Positions 28,056-38,388 of a stretch of 64,000 bases of DNA are shown here, piece by piece. A program made the position numbers and the translations under genes. Each line of letters begins with the position of its first letter. Position 1 is the stretch's first letter. The stretch lies in NCBI GenBank assembly GCA_903859705.1, contig CAIONQ010000063.1, forward strand, positions 55,611-119,610. The letters are read 5' to 3'. The DNA comes from an uncultured Chthonomonas sp. Its GTDB lineage: Bacteria; Armatimonadota; Chthonomonadetes; Chthonomonadales; Chthonomonadaceae. Under the pieces are notes generated by a model that did not search any database, was not told where the DNA came from, and saw only the letters and a program-made list of their open reading frames with translations.

Positions 28056-30410
28056 GTGTTGGACTATCGATGGTGGATGGTACGAGCGGCGGGGGCTGCA
28101 GCTATGGGAATACTCTCTGGATTAGGTTCGGCAAGGGCACATCAGGCAACCGATGCCCTCTGGCAGCCAGCTTCGGCACCTCTGGTTACGCGCTATGCGG
28201 CCGACGTAAAGCCAGGGCATGTTCGGCCGGAATATCCCCGCCCGTTGCTTGTTCGCAATAACTGGCAATCTCTAAACGGAATCTGGCAGTTTGCTTTTGA
28301 CGATGCAGCCATCGGCAAGGCAGAAGGCTGGGTTTCCGGTAAGGAGTTCCCGCAACAAATACTTGTGCCATTTACCTTCGAGTCCGCACTGTCTGGCATT
28401 GGCAAGGGCAAAGAGATCCACGAACACGTGTGGTATCGGCGCAAGTTTGAAGTGCCAGCGTCATGGCGTGCAAACCGTGTCCTTCTGAACTTTGGTGCCT
28501 GCGATTGGAAAACAGCAGTCTATGTAAATGGGCATCTGGTTGGCGAACACACCGGGGGCTACTCGCCATTTAGTTTTGATATCACAGATGCACTTACTGC
28601 GGGTGAAAGCCAGGAAGTGGTCGTTTCTGTTTACGATCCTGCCGATCCAGCCAAGGGTGCTTACCAACCCAAAGGCAAACAGCTCGGTAGCGAAGGTATC
28701 TGGTACACACGCACAACAGGAATCTGGCAGAGTGTGTGGTTGGAACCAGTTTCTGTTGGCCATGTTCTTTCAATTCGTACAGAGCCAAATATCGCAGCAT
28801 CAACCCTCACTGTCAATCTGGTGGCTCCGTCCGGTTCAACTGAAAGTGCAACTGTAAAGGTGCTGCTAAAGGGCACTGTTGTGGGCACTGCCGAAGCGCA
28901 ATTTGGTGCTGATGGTTTCGCATCCGCCCCTGTAGCAATCAAACATCCAGCGCTGTGGAGCCCAGAGTCTCCAACCCTGTACGATATCGAAGTTACTTGC
29001 CACCAGCAGGGCGCTGTTTCCGATAGCTTCCGCTCATACGCTGCCTTCCGGGAGGCTGGTATTCAAAATGGCCGCCTCACGCTGAACGGAAAACCCTACT
29101 ATTACCGTGGCGTGCTAGATCAAGGTTACTGGCCAGATGGCATTTTGACCCCACCAACCGATGCCGCCATAAAGAACGATGTTGAGATGGTGAAACATCT
29201 CGGATTCAACATGGCACGCAAGCATGTAAAAATTGATGACCCTCGCTGGTACTACTGGTGCGATCATCTGGGAGTTGCCGTGTGGCAGGATATGCCATCC
29301 AGCCATAACCTCACAACACCAGAAGCGCGAGCAAACTTTACCGCAGAGTGGAAGAATGCCATGGAAACCACGCGCAACTACCCGTCCGTGGTTCACTGGA
29401 TTCCATTCAATGAGAACTGGGGCAACCCGGGCGCATTTCAGGACGAAATCGTTCAGCTAACGCGTTCCATTGATCCAACACGTCCAATTACCGATGCCTC
29501 GGGTTGGACTCAGCGCGGAATGACAGATGTGATAGATGCCCACGATTACGGCAACAACCTCATTGCTCAGGGCGTGGCGCATCCGGTAAAACCAAAGGTA
29601 GTTGGCGAATTTGGCGGCATTGCATTGCCGATACCGGAACATACCTGGACCACAGGCTGGGGGTATCAAACCGTTAAGGATGCAGCCGGCCTCATTCAAA
29701 AAATCTGCTATCAAACAACGCAGCTCTTCGAGGCAGCAAACCTTTCTGGCTATGTTTACACGCAGCTTACAGATGTTGAGCAGGAGCTGAATGGCTTGCT
29801 GACCTATGACCGGCAGCCGAAGGCCGATCTGGCAAAGATTGCCGCCGACTTTACGGGTGCCAGCCGCGCACACCGGCCCCCGCAAATTGCCGATTGGCTG
29901 GTATTAGGCCCAATTCTGGCTGGTATTGAGTTGCCTTCTGCCGACGATAATACAGAGAATCGGGCAGTGATGCAGCAAATACTGGATAAGGCGTACCTTA
30001 CTGGAGAGGCAACATTGCATCCGGCAGACGGAGCTAAAGTTCAGCTTGATGGCGGCAAAGAGCTTCACTGGAAGCAAGTGCACGCAGCATCTGGCATTCT
30101 CGATTTTATCCATACATTCGGTGGCCCAATCAACAACGCCGCTGCGTATGCTGTGGCTTACATAGATAGCCCATCCGAACAGCATGGCGTAACTTTGAGC
30201 ATGGGGGCCGATGATGGCGCCCGTGTTTGGCTCAATGGCAAGCAGGTTTCCAATGTTGCCCGCATCAGGGGCGTGATGATGGATGAGGATGTGGTTACTG
30301 GCCTCACACTGCATAAGGGCCGCAATGTGCTTGTAGCTAAAGTGGGCCAGGGTGTGGGCGGCTGGGGCTTTACCGCGCGCTTCGATGGTGCCGCAAGCGC
30401 TGCAAAGTAA
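28056..30410 (+). CDS. Glycoside hydrolase family 2-like enzyme
   Basis: GH2 N-terminal sugar-binding pattern ('VWYRRKFEVPASW...LNFGACDWKTAVYVNGHLVGEHTGGYSPFSFDIT'). TIM-barrel segment with 'WIPFNENWG'. I chose GTG 28056 with GAGGAG 5 nt upstream. Confidence 0.7.
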   Translation: MLDYRWWMVRAAGAAAMGILSGLGSARAHQATDALWQPASAPLVTRYAADVKPGHVRPEYPRPLLVRNNWQSLNGIWQFAFDDAAIGKAEGWVSGKEFPQQILVPFTFESALSGIGKGKEIHEHVWYRRKFEVPASWRANRVLLNFGACDWKTAVYVNGHLVGEHTGGYSPFSFDITDALTAGESQEVVVSVYDPADPAKGAYQPKGKQLGSEGIWYTRTTGIWQSVWLEPVSVGHVLSIRTEPNIAASTLTVNLVAPSGSTESATVKVLLKGTVVGTAEAQFGADGFASAPVAIKHPALWSPESPTLYDIEVTCHQQGAVSDSFRSYAAFREAGIQNGRLTLNGKPYYYRGVLDQGYWPDGILTPPTDAAIKNDVEMVKHLGFNMARKHVKIDDPRWYYWCDHLGVAVWQDMPSSHNLTTPEARANFTAEWKNAMETTRNYPSVVHWIPFNENWGNPGAFQDEIVQLTRSIDPTRPITDASGWTQRGMTDVIDAHDYGNNLIAQGVAHPVKPKVVGEFGGIALPIPEHTWTTGWGYQTVKDAAGLIQKICYQTTQLFEAANLSGYVYTQLTDVEQELNGLLTYDRQPKADLAKIAADFTGASRAHRPPQIADWLVLGPILAGIELPSADDNTENRAVMQQILDKAYLTGEATLHPADGAKVQLDGGKELHWKQVHAASGILDFIHTFGGPINNAAAYAVAYIDSPSEQHGVTLSMGADDGARVWLNGKQVSNVARIRGVMMDEDVVTGLTLHKGRNVLVAKVGQGVGGWGFTARFDGAASAAK

Positions 30411-30554
30411 GTGATTTCTGGCTGCAGAGTGATAGAATGTAGGTGCCCTCGCGCACAGATCAAGCCAAACCGCGAGGGACCAACAGGAATTACAGCCCCA
30501 AATATCAAATTAAGTCTGGTAATCAGGTCCCTACTCACTAAGGAGAAACCCTAT

Positions 30555-31694
30555 ATGAAACCAACTGCATCAAAGATGGTGGCAGTGGCAGCGGTGATGG
30601 CGCTGGGAGCAATGTTTATGAGTTCTGTCTCCTCTGAAGCGGCCGAGAAACAGGGCGTCGTTAAGTCTGCATTTGGCAAGACTACCGATGGCGCAGCTGT
30701 AGATCTCTACACGCTTACCAATAAGAGCGGCATAGTTGCAAAGATAACCAGCTACGGTGCCATTCTTACCGAAGTTCATACCCCGGATCGCACAGGCAAG
30801 AAGGGCAATATCGTCTTCGGCTTCGATAATATCGAAGGCTACCTTAAGGGGCATCCTTACTTTGGCGCCACGGTTGGCCGCGTAGCAAACCGAATTGCCA
30901 AGGGCAAATTCACCCTCGAAGGCAAAGAGTATAGCCTTGCTGTAAACAATGGTCCCAATAGCCTTCATGGTGGCATCAAAGGCTTCGATAAGGCAGTTTG
31001 GAAGGCCAGTGTTGTAAAGAGCGGCGATGGCCCTTCGGTGAAGTTTACGCACCACAGCCCGGATGGCGATGAAGGCTACCCTGGCGCCGTGGATGTAACC
31101 GTTGTATACACCCTCACGAACAAGAACAGCGTTCGAATTGAGTACACGGCCACCTCAACCAAAGCAACACCAATCAACCTCACCAACCATACGTACTTCA
31201 ACCTGCGTGGTGAAGGCGACGTGCTTGGCTACGAGATGCTGATCAATGCGGATAATTACACGCCCGTTGATGATACGCTTATCCCAACCGGCAGCATTTC
31301 GGCAGTAAAGGGAACACCCCTGGATTTCACTTATCCACATGCGATTGGTGAGCACATCAAAGAACTGCCCGGCGATCCAAACGGCTATGATCACAACTAT
31401 GTCATTAACGGCGGCGGTAAGGGGCTTACGCTTACGGCTCGCTGCTACGATCCACAGTCCGGCCGCGTAGTAGAGATGCAGACAACCGAACCCGGCGTAC
31501 AGTTCTACACTGGCAACTTCCTGGACGGCACCCTTACCGGTGTTGGTGGCTTTAACTACCAAATCCACGACGCCTTCTGCCTGGAAGCCCAGCACTACCC
31601 GGATTCAATCAACCATCCGAACTTCCCAAGCTGCGTGCTGCGCCCTGGCCAGAAGTACCACCAGGTAACCGAGTACACCTTCTCTACCAAATAA
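30555..31694 (+). CDS. galM: Aldose 1-epimerase (galactose mutarotase), secreted
   Basis: 'SLHGGIKGFDKAVW' and 'FCLEAQHYPDSINHPNFPS' are mutarotase signatures. AAGGAG ribosome-binding site before ATG 30555. Signal peptide present. Confidence 0.88.
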   Translation: MKPTASKMVAVAAVMALGAMFMSSVSSEAAEKQGVVKSAFGKTTDGAAVDLYTLTNKSGIVAKITSYGAILTEVHTPDRTGKKGNIVFGFDNIEGYLKGHPYFGATVGRVANRIAKGKFTLEGKEYSLAVNNGPNSLHGGIKGFDKAVWKASVVKSGDGPSVKFTHHSPDGDEGYPGAVDVTVVYTLTNKNSVRIEYTATSTKATPINLTNHTYFNLRGEGDVLGYEMLINADNYTPVDDTLIPTGSISAVKGTPLDFTYPHAIGEHIKELPGDPNGYDHNYVINGGGKGLTLTARCYDPQSGRVVEMQTTEPGVQFYTGNFLDGTLTGVGGFNYQIHDAFCLEAQHYPDSINHPNFPSCVLRPGQKYHQVTEYTFSTK

Positions 31695-31828
31695 GGTGAT
31701 TCGGAAGCGCAAGTAACACCGCACAACATAGGAAATACCTTCGGGGGAGAGGGCGCCCTTAACTTAAACCGGGCTTCCTCGCCCCCGCATTGCCTTTGCC
31801 CGAGCAACCTGCTCTAAATAGTATATCG

Positions 31829-32791
31829 ATGACCCACGCAATACAAAAATTTCCCACTATTAAAGTAGTGGATTCTCATACGGCTGGCGAACCGACCCGT
31901 GTAGTGATTGAGGGTGGCCCGGATCTGGGAGACGTGCCGCTATCCGAACAACTTGTGCGATTTCGCACCGATTACGATTGGGTTCGGTCCGCCGTAGTAA
32001 ACGAGCCACGTGGCTCAGATGTGCTGGTGGGCGCGCTCCTAACCCCGCCAATAAACCCCGCATCGGCTGCCGGAGTAATCTTCTTCAATAATGCAGGTAC
32101 CCTTGGCATGTGCGGGCACGGCGCAATCGGCGTGGTTGCAACGCTTGCGCACCTGGGCCGAATTGGTCCGGGCAAACACACTTTAGAAACGCCTGTTGGC
32201 AACGTAGTAGCCACGTTTGATAAAAATGGCGAAGTTGCTATAGAAAACGTGCCAGCATACCGCCTGGCAAGCAATGTATCTGTACAGGTGCCCGGTGTGG
32301 GCACTGTGGTGGGCGATATCGCCTGGGGAGGCAACTGGTTCTTCCTGGTTTACAACCATGGACAGGAATTGAGCCTGAGCCGAACGTTTGAACTTACGGA
32401 GTACACCTGGGCTATCCGAGTTGCACTTGAAGATGCTGGTATTACCGGAACAAACGGGGCAGTGATCGATCATATTGAGCTGTTCGTCCCGGCCGATGAT
32501 GGAGTTTCTGACAGCAAGAATTTTGTACTCTGCCCCGGCAAAGCCTACGATAGGTCACCCTGTGGCACAGGTACCAGCGCCAAGCTGGCTTGCCTGTACG
32601 CCGATGGCAAAATTGCTGAAGGTCAGCAGTATGTCCAGGCGGGAATCCTTGGCAGCGCATTTGTGGGGTCCGTAACGCTACGTGGTGCCGAGATCATTCC
32701 AACAATCCGTGGCCGAGCCTTTGTTAACGCCGAATCAACTCTGATCTTGAATCCGTCCGATCCATTCTGCTATGGAATTCGTGCAGTATGA
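31829..32791 (+). CDS. Proline racemase family enzyme, Cys/Cys type: 4-hydroxyproline 2-epimerase or proline racemase
   Basis: Both catalytic cysteines are present ('LGMCGHGAIG' and 'DRSPCGTGTSAKLA'). The downstream FAD dehydrogenase favours hydroxyproline epimerase. Confidence 0.8.
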   Translation: MTHAIQKFPTIKVVDSHTAGEPTRVVIEGGPDLGDVPLSEQLVRFRTDYDWVRSAVVNEPRGSDVLVGALLTPPINPASAAGVIFFNNAGTLGMCGHGAIGVVATLAHLGRIGPGKHTLETPVGNVVATFDKNGEVAIENVPAYRLASNVSVQVPGVGTVVGDIAWGGNWFFLVYNHGQELSLSRTFELTEYTWAIRVALEDAGITGTNGAVIDHIELFVPADDGVSDSKNFVLCPGKAYDRSPCGTGTSAKLACLYADGKIAEGQQYVQAGILGSAFVGSVTLRGAEIIPTIRGRAFVNAESTLILNPSDPFCYGIRAV

Positions 32792-34053
32792 CAACACCAC
32801 GCTCAGTAGCCATAGTTGGTGGCGGCGTTATCGGCCTCTGCTGTGCCTACTACTTGATGCAGGATGGCTGGCAAGTTACCGTTGTCGAGCGCGGTAACCG
32901 AGATCACGATGCCTGTTCTCTTGGAAATGCAGGCATGATAGTTCCCAGCCACTTTGTTCCGCTGGCTGCTCCAGGCATGGTCTCCTATGGCCTCAAGGCT
33001 ATGCTTAGCCCGGAAAGCCCATTTTACATTCGTCCACGCTTGAATGCTGATCTCATTCGGTGGGGATTGCTGTTCTGCAAAACCGCAAATGCAGCACATG
33101 TAGATGCCGCTGCGCCGGTACTGGCAGCCATGAACCTTGCCAGCAGGGCAAGTTACGAAAACCTGGCGCAAACGCTGAAGGATGGCAACTTCTTTGGCCT
33201 CACGCGCCGTGGCCTCCTGATGCTTTGCAAAGATAAAACGGTGCTTGAGCATGAGGCCACACTTATTCCGCGGGCAAAGCAACTCGGGATGGATGCACAG
33301 CTCCTGAATCCGGAAGAAACAGCAAAGGCAGATCCTGCCATTCAAATGGATGTTGCGGGATCTGTGTACTTCCCGCTGGATTGCCACCTTAATCCATCCA
33401 GATTTGTTCAGTCTCTTACGGCCGAATTGGAACGTGGGGGCGCAAAAATACTCTGGAACTCCCCCGTTACAGGTTTTTCCACAGATGATGGCAAGATCCA
33501 GTGTATCCATACAACGCAGGAAGATGTTGAGGCACAGGAGATAGTGATTGCTGCCGGCTCATGGTCGGCAGAAACGGTAAGTGCACTTGGCCTGCGCATG
33601 CCAATGCAGGCCGGCAAGGGGTACAGCATAACTGTTGATGCCCCGGCGCAACTACCGGAGCTCTGTTCCATCTTAACCGAAGCGAGAGTTGCCGTAACTC
33701 CCATGGGGAGCACCTTGCGATTTGCCGGCACAATGGAAGTCACCGGCCTGGATCTATCCATCAATCAGCGCAGAGTTTATGGCATTTTGAAGTCGATCCC
33801 ACAGTATTTTCCAGCCTTTCAGGCGCAGGATTTTAGCTCGGAACCTGTCTGGAGTGGACTGCGTCCATGCTCACCAGATGGGCTGCCGTATATCGGCAGG
33901 AGCGCGCGCTTTAGTAACCTCAGCATTGCCGCAGGGCATGCCATGATGGGCCTTAGCCTGGCCCCCATAACGGGTCGGCTAATATCCCAGGTTCTGGCAA
34001 ACCAGAAGCCAGAGATAGATCTCTCGCTTCTCCATCCAGACAGGTATGCCTGA
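32788..34053 (+). CDS. FAD-dependent oxidoreductase (DAO family; D-hydroxyproline/D-amino acid dehydrogenase-like)
   Basis: Rossmann motif 'VAIVGGGVIGLCCAYYL'. Start codon overlaps the upstream stop (ATGA). Confidence 0.8.
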   Translation: MTTPRSVAIVGGGVIGLCCAYYLMQDGWQVTVVERGNRDHDACSLGNAGMIVPSHFVPLAAPGMVSYGLKAMLSPESPFYIRPRLNADLIRWGLLFCKTANAAHVDAAAPVLAAMNLASRASYENLAQTLKDGNFFGLTRRGLLMLCKDKTVLEHEATLIPRAKQLGMDAQLLNPEETAKADPAIQMDVAGSVYFPLDCHLNPSRFVQSLTAELERGGAKILWNSPVTGFSTDDGKIQCIHTTQEDVEAQEIVIAAGSWSAETVSALGLRMPMQAGKGYSITVDAPAQLPELCSILTEARVAVTPMGSTLRFAGTMEVTGLDLSINQRRVYGILKSIPQYFPAFQAQDFSSEPVWSGLRPCSPDGLPYIGRSARFSNLSIAAGHAMMGLSLAPITGRLISQVLANQKPEIDLSLLHPDRYA

Positions 34054-34105
34054 TGCCTGCCCGAATTCGCTGACTTCTCCAACGAACAGAAATGGACAAC
34101 ATGCC

Positions 34106-35851
34106 ATGAAGATAAGCCGATTGTGCTTCCTGTCACTCCTCTGTCTGGCATTGCCTGGCATTCGTGCAGAAGCCAGAGATGGTTACCCGCTGGGGCCTGA
34201 TTCTCAAACAAAACCTGGAGTGCCACAGGGAACAGTAACCCACTCGGTATTCAAAACCAGCAAGATATTTCCTGGTACTGAGCGTGATGTCTGGGTGTAT
34301 GTGCCAAAACAGTACGACTCCAAAATTCCGGCGGCTGTTATGGTGTTTCAGGATGGTGGCGGATTTCAATCACGCGAGGGGCAGTTTCGGGTGCCTGTAG
34401 TCTTTGATAACCTCATTTCCTCACATCAGATGCCTGTGACTGTTGCCATTATGGTAAACCCGGGAACCGTGCCAGCGGCAAATGCAAATAGCCTGCCACG
34501 CTATAACCGCAGCCATGAGTACGATGGTGTAACAGATGACTATGCGCGGTTTCTGCAGGAAGAGCTGCTGCCCGAAGTTGGCAAATCGCTCAACCTCACT
34601 AAAGATCCAGCGGGCAGGGGCCTTTGCGGTGCAAGTTCTGGCGGAATCTGCTCCTTCATCGCCGCCTGGGAGCATCCTGAGTGGTTCAGCAAAGTGGTAA
34701 GTTTTGTTGGCAGTTTTACCGATTTACAAGGTGGCAACACCTATGCCTCCGCAATCCGCAAGTACGAACCACGCCCCATTCGAGTGGTTCTGCAGGATGG
34801 ATCCGCAGATCAGGATATTTACTCTGGAGTGTGGTTCCTCGGCAATACAGATGTTGCCATGGCGCTTAAATTCGCAGGGTACGAGTACCAGTTTGTAACC
34901 GGCACCGGTGGCCACAATGGAGAGCAGGGTGGGCAGATCCTGCCAGATGCCCTGAAGTTTGTATGGAAGGATTATCCCAACCAGGTTCCGCGGCCATTTA
35001 ACGTACGGCAGCCAGTTATGGAAGTTGTGAAGCCTGGCGAAACCTGGAAAGATATAACACCGGCAGGTTCCACAATAACCGGGCTCACCTCCGGTGCAGA
35101 TGGAACCGTGCACATAGTAACCGCTGCAGGCACCGTCCACACAGTTACCGCAGATTCTGCCTTGCAAGAAAGCCATACAACTGTACCCGGTGCCGGAGCT
35201 GTTGCTACGCTGCCAGATGGCGGAATTGCCATCGCAGAGCCATCTCATCGGCGGATAGTTAAGCTTGGTAAAGACGGGAAGCTTCGCACGCTTGCTACGG
35301 GCGTCATCGCATCCTCCCTGGTTGCCGCGCATAATGGCGATCTCTACGTTACTGAGGAGAAGGCAGGCTGCGTGTGGCTGATAAAGCCAAACGGTAAGAA
35401 GACCGTGGTAGATAGGGGGCTCCCGGGCGCCGATGGCGTTACTCTCACTCCAGATCAAACACTGCTGCATGTATCGACAAAGGCACCTGGCAAATACGTC
35501 TATTCCTATGTTGTTCTGCCCAATGGGGAATTGGGACATAAACAGGCATATTTCGATATCCGGCTTGATTATGCTACCGCAGAGAGTTACGCGGCTGGCA
35601 TGGCAACCGATACGCAGGGACGCCTGTATGTAACCAGTAATACCGGCATTCAACTGCTCGATCAAGCTGGACGCGTTATTGGTATTCTCGAAAACCCGGC
35701 CCACACGCCCACCACTGCGCTGGCATTTGGTGGCCTATCACGAGATCAGTTATTTACAATAGCAGGTGGCAAGCTATACACACGCACCGTGAGAGCGCAC
35801 GGCGTAACGCCGTTTACAGCCGCCATCAAGCCGCCCGGCCCGCGCCTCTAA
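34106..35851 (+). CDS. Secreted two-domain protein: putative esterase (alpha/beta-hydrolase, enterochelin-esterase-like) fused to an SMP-30/gluconolactonase/LRE-like beta-propeller
   Basis: Signal peptide 'MKISRLCFLSLLCLALPGIRAEA'. Esterase-like 'GASSGGICSFIAAWEHPEWF'. C-terminal 'GRLYVTSNTGIQLLDQAGRVIGIL' is SGL-like. Confidence 0.6.
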   Translation: MKISRLCFLSLLCLALPGIRAEARDGYPLGPDSQTKPGVPQGTVTHSVFKTSKIFPGTERDVWVYVPKQYDSKIPAAVMVFQDGGGFQSREGQFRVPVVFDNLISSHQMPVTVAIMVNPGTVPAANANSLPRYNRSHEYDGVTDDYARFLQEELLPEVGKSLNLTKDPAGRGLCGASSGGICSFIAAWEHPEWFSKVVSFVGSFTDLQGGNTYASAIRKYEPRPIRVVLQDGSADQDIYSGVWFLGNTDVAMALKFAGYEYQFVTGTGGHNGEQGGQILPDALKFVWKDYPNQVPRPFNVRQPVMEVVKPGETWKDITPAGSTITGLTSGADGTVHIVTAAGTVHTVTADSALQESHTTVPGAGAVATLPDGGIAIAEPSHRRIVKLGKDGKLRTLATGVIASSLVAAHNGDLYVTEEKAGCVWLIKPNGKKTVVDRGLPGADGVTLTPDQTLLHVSTKAPGKYVYSYVVLPNGELGHKQAYFDIRLDYATAESYAAGMATDTQGRLYVTSNTGIQLLDQAGRVIGILENPAHTPTTALAFGGLSRDQLFTIAGGKLYTRTVRAHGVTPFTAAIKPPGPRL

Positions 35852-35869
35852 CCCGTGAGGCGATTTAAC

Positions 35870-35916
35870 ATAGCCCGCTTCCCAACTAACTGTTGGAGGC
35901 GGGCTATTTCTTTATC
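35870..35916 (+). terminator. Rho-independent terminator
   Basis: Long hairpin atagcccgcttcccaac / gttggaggcgggctat, followed by ttctttatc. Confidence 0.6.
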
Positions 35917-36063
35917 TCAGGGCGACTTTGCGTGGTAGTCGAGTCATCTGAATAGAATTAAATGCATCTTTCTGAAACGAATCACTGCCCGCGTTGTCCA
36001 TCAGATATCCGCTACTTTTGTGGGTGCTTTAAATGAACGTGCGGCTCTGGAAAGGCAGGATGA

Positions 36064-36897
36064 ATGACGGCGGTAAATAGGAAGACCCGTGGTTTTACAC
36101 TCATCGAATTGCTTGTAGTTATAGCGATAATAGCGATCCTTGCTGCAATTCTATTTCCAGTGTTTGCCAGGGCCCGGGGCGCAGCACGCCAAACAACCTG
36201 CTTAAGCAATTCGCGCCAGCTTGCTCAGGGTTTCATGATGTACCTGGAAGATTACGATTCCCGCACACCGCGCTGTGTGAACAATGATGCGGCATCCTCT
36301 AAGCTTGCTGTTTCTGCCACCCCGCAAATACCCGGTGATAATGCGTTCTTGTCTGCAGATCCTGCTGCAGGCCGTGCAGAAGGGTTTCTAACTTCCTATT
36401 TCAAGAACGGACAGATCTGGCGATGCCCCTCAGATAACGTGCGCTTTGACGGCAAAACTCTAAACACAAACAGCTCTCACAGCCTCGCAAATGCCACAAG
36501 CTATCATCTTAGCCTGTACTTAACTGGCAGCCAGGTAGATGCGAATATCGAGGTCACCAGTGGCGACGGTATTAGTGAGGCCGCCATTGGGCGCGTTAGC
36601 CAGACGATTCTTGCAAGAGATGGGGATGCCAGCGATGGTACAAATGTCGAAAACAATACCGCAATCGGTGGAGCCCTGGTAGGCGAGCAACTGTACACGC
36701 GGCACAGCGATCACACTCAGGCGGTACGCCATGACGGCAAGGGGAATTATGTGATGCTGGATGGTCACGTGAAAACCGTCGTGCCAGAGTGGGTGAGCCC
36801 TATGGATGGTACCGACGACCCTGCCCATCCGTGCCCAACGTGTTCTACCATGGTAGAAAACCCGGGCGCAGAGCTATTCTGGAACCTGTTACCATAG
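36064..36897 (+). CDS. DUF1559 prepilin-type N-terminal cleavage/methylation domain protein (H-X9-DG family), paralog 1
   Basis: N-terminus '[29 protein letters not shown]'. C-terminus '[14 protein letters not shown]'. Confidence 0.85.
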   Translation: MTAVNRKTRGFTLIELLVVIAIIAILAAILFPVFARARGAARQTTCLSNSRQLAQGFMMYLEDYDSRTPRCVNNDAASSKLAVSATPQIPGDNAFLSADPAAGRAEGFLTSYFKNGQIWRCPSDNVRFDGKTLNTNSSHSLANATSYHLSLYLTGSQVDANIEVTSGDGISEAAIGRVSQTILARDGDASDGTNVENNTAIGGALVGEQLYTRHSDHTQAVRHDGKGNYVMLDGHVKTVVPEWVSPMDGTDDPAHPCPTCSTMVENPGAELFWNLLP

Positions 36898-36957
36898 CTT
36901 AAATCCATATCATATTAATTTAAGTTCTAATTAATATTGTTGCGTTAATATTGCAGA

Positions 36958-36996
36958 GCCTTGCCGGTATCCGGCAGGGCTCTGCATTGTTATGCA
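36958..36996 (+). terminator. Hairpin terminator in an AT-rich spacer
   Basis: Stem gcagagccttgccgg / ccggcagggctctgc, followed by attgtt. Confidence 0.5.
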
Positions 36997-37093
36997 TGCG
37001 CTCATTCAATAAGTAGGTGCGCAACAAGTGCAGGTACCGCTACGTCGGCAGTTCACATTTCAGCTCCAGTTAAACAAAGGGGTTATCTATCCT

Positions 37094-38185
37094 ATGCGAA
37101 GTAATCAAGCTGCTATCCGTGCCCTCTTCCTGCTTCTTCCCGCCACTATCGGCACCCTGCGAGCGGACGCACAGGGCTGCATCGTTGCAAGGCAGTGCGC
37201 GCCGCTCTTCAGCGCCGATGAATCGGCGTACATGCAGCCGTACCACTGGAAATTTGATTTATCGCTCCGAGTTCTGGATGCTGCTCGCCACTACAGTGGC
37301 ACAGTAGAACAAATCATTCGTCAGACGAATCACAACAATGTTGTCAATCGCCAGAGGTTGTTGGATCTCGGCGGTACCTATGCCGCAAGCAAACAACTCA
37401 ACCTCTCTATCAGTGTGCCCGTCCTGCTTTACGGCCGCTGGTCGCTTCCACTTCCCACCAGCCCCGCAGGTCCGCGCTATGCACAGAATGCAAAGGGAGT
37501 TGGCGATATCTCCCTGTCCGCAAAATACTGGCTCTTACCAGTAACCACCAATCCAAAACAGAATATCGCAATCGGCGTTGGGGTAGAGGCTCCTACTGGC
37601 AGCGCGCACGAAACGTCCCCATTCCCCAACCTTCAGGGCAATAATCCTGGTGTGATCCGTCCTGTGGATCAGTCGATTCAGCCTGGCCTTGGAGCATGGG
37701 CATTTCCTTTCGAATTCCAGGCATTTAAGAGCGTCAAGAAAGTTACATTCTTCGCATCTGGTACCTATTTGCTTACTCCCACAAATATCAATGGCACTCC
37801 ATCTATTGTTGCCAACCTGTTTGATGGTGTAATGCCAGCGGGCAAAGAATATCAGCGATTCAACTCTGTGCCAGATCAGTACCTTGCTCGCATTGGTGCC
37901 TCTATGGGGCTTGGCCCCAAGAAGCTGGGCTTAACCGGTGAGCTTGCCTGGCGTGTTGAGGGAGTTCCAGCTACCGATCTGGTTGGGAACAGCGATGGCT
38001 TCCGCCGACCTGGCTACGCCATGTTTATTGAGCCTGGCATAACCTGGAATCATGGCAACGAAAGCTGGTCTATCAACGTGCCTGTGGCCTATCTGCGTAA
38101 CCGCATTAAGGACTCGCATGGCAACGCGGGAGATGCCACTTTTGCAGATCAATTTGAGTTGATAAGTTATTCACACAAATACTGA
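37094..38185 (+). CDS. Putative outer-membrane beta-barrel protein (MetA-pathway/transporter-like)
   Basis: Signal peptide. Alternating amphipathic strands. C-terminal aromatic residue ('...SYSHKY'). Ribosome-binding site AAAGGGG. Weak family assignment. Confidence 0.45.
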   Translation: MRSNQAAIRALFLLLPATIGTLRADAQGCIVARQCAPLFSADESAYMQPYHWKFDLSLRVLDAARHYSGTVEQIIRQTNHNNVVNRQRLLDLGGTYAASKQLNLSISVPVLLYGRWSLPLPTSPAGPRYAQNAKGVGDISLSAKYWLLPVTTNPKQNIAIGVGVEAPTGSAHETSPFPNLQGNNPGVIRPVDQSIQPGLGAWAFPFEFQAFKSVKKVTFFASGTYLLTPTNINGTPSIVANLFDGVMPAGKEYQRFNSVPDQYLARIGASMGLGPKKLGLTGELAWRVEGVPATDLVGNSDGFRRPGYAMFIEPGITWNHGNESWSINVPVAYLRNRIKDSHGNAGDATFADQFELISYSHKY

Positions 38186-38236
38186 ACATATTTAGATTCT
38201 GTGTCGTCTCTATAATTGCATTACTTATAAATGCTG

Positions 38237-38287
38237 CCCTCGCCCAACAAACCATCTCGTTGATGTTCGGCGAGGGTATTTTTCTGG
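38237..38287 (+). terminator. Rho-independent terminator
   Basis: Stem ccctcgcc / ggcgaggg, followed by tatttttctgg. Confidence 0.55.
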
Positions 38288-38308
38288 TTGCCGTTAATTG
38301 CGGTCTTC

Positions 38309-38338
38309 TTGCAGATTGCGTGATGCGGTGCTATAATC
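38309..38338 (+). promoter_or_regulatory. Strong sigma70-like promoter: -35 TTGCAG, about 18-nt spacer, perfect -10 TATAAT
   Basis: It lies 50 nt upstream of the Cys-rich small ORF. Confidence 0.5.
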
Positions 38339-38388
38339 TGGCATCAGCCGTGCAATAAGCCGGTTCCGTTTACGAGTAACTACAGACT

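Noticed and set aside
32803-33510. 235-aa minus-strand ORF
   Set aside because: It is antisense to the FAD-dependent dehydrogenase gene.
34724-35704. 326-aa minus-strand ORF
   Set aside because: It is antisense to the esterase/SGL gene and its composition is Cys/Arg-rich, which is typical of spurious frames.
36898-36957. AT-rich tract 'attaatttaagttctaattaatattgttgcgttaatattg' as a possible integration site or IS end
   Set aside because: No flanking direct repeats and no integrase, transposase or tRNA nearby. It is more plausibly an AT-rich spacer and UP-element region preceding a terminator hairpin.
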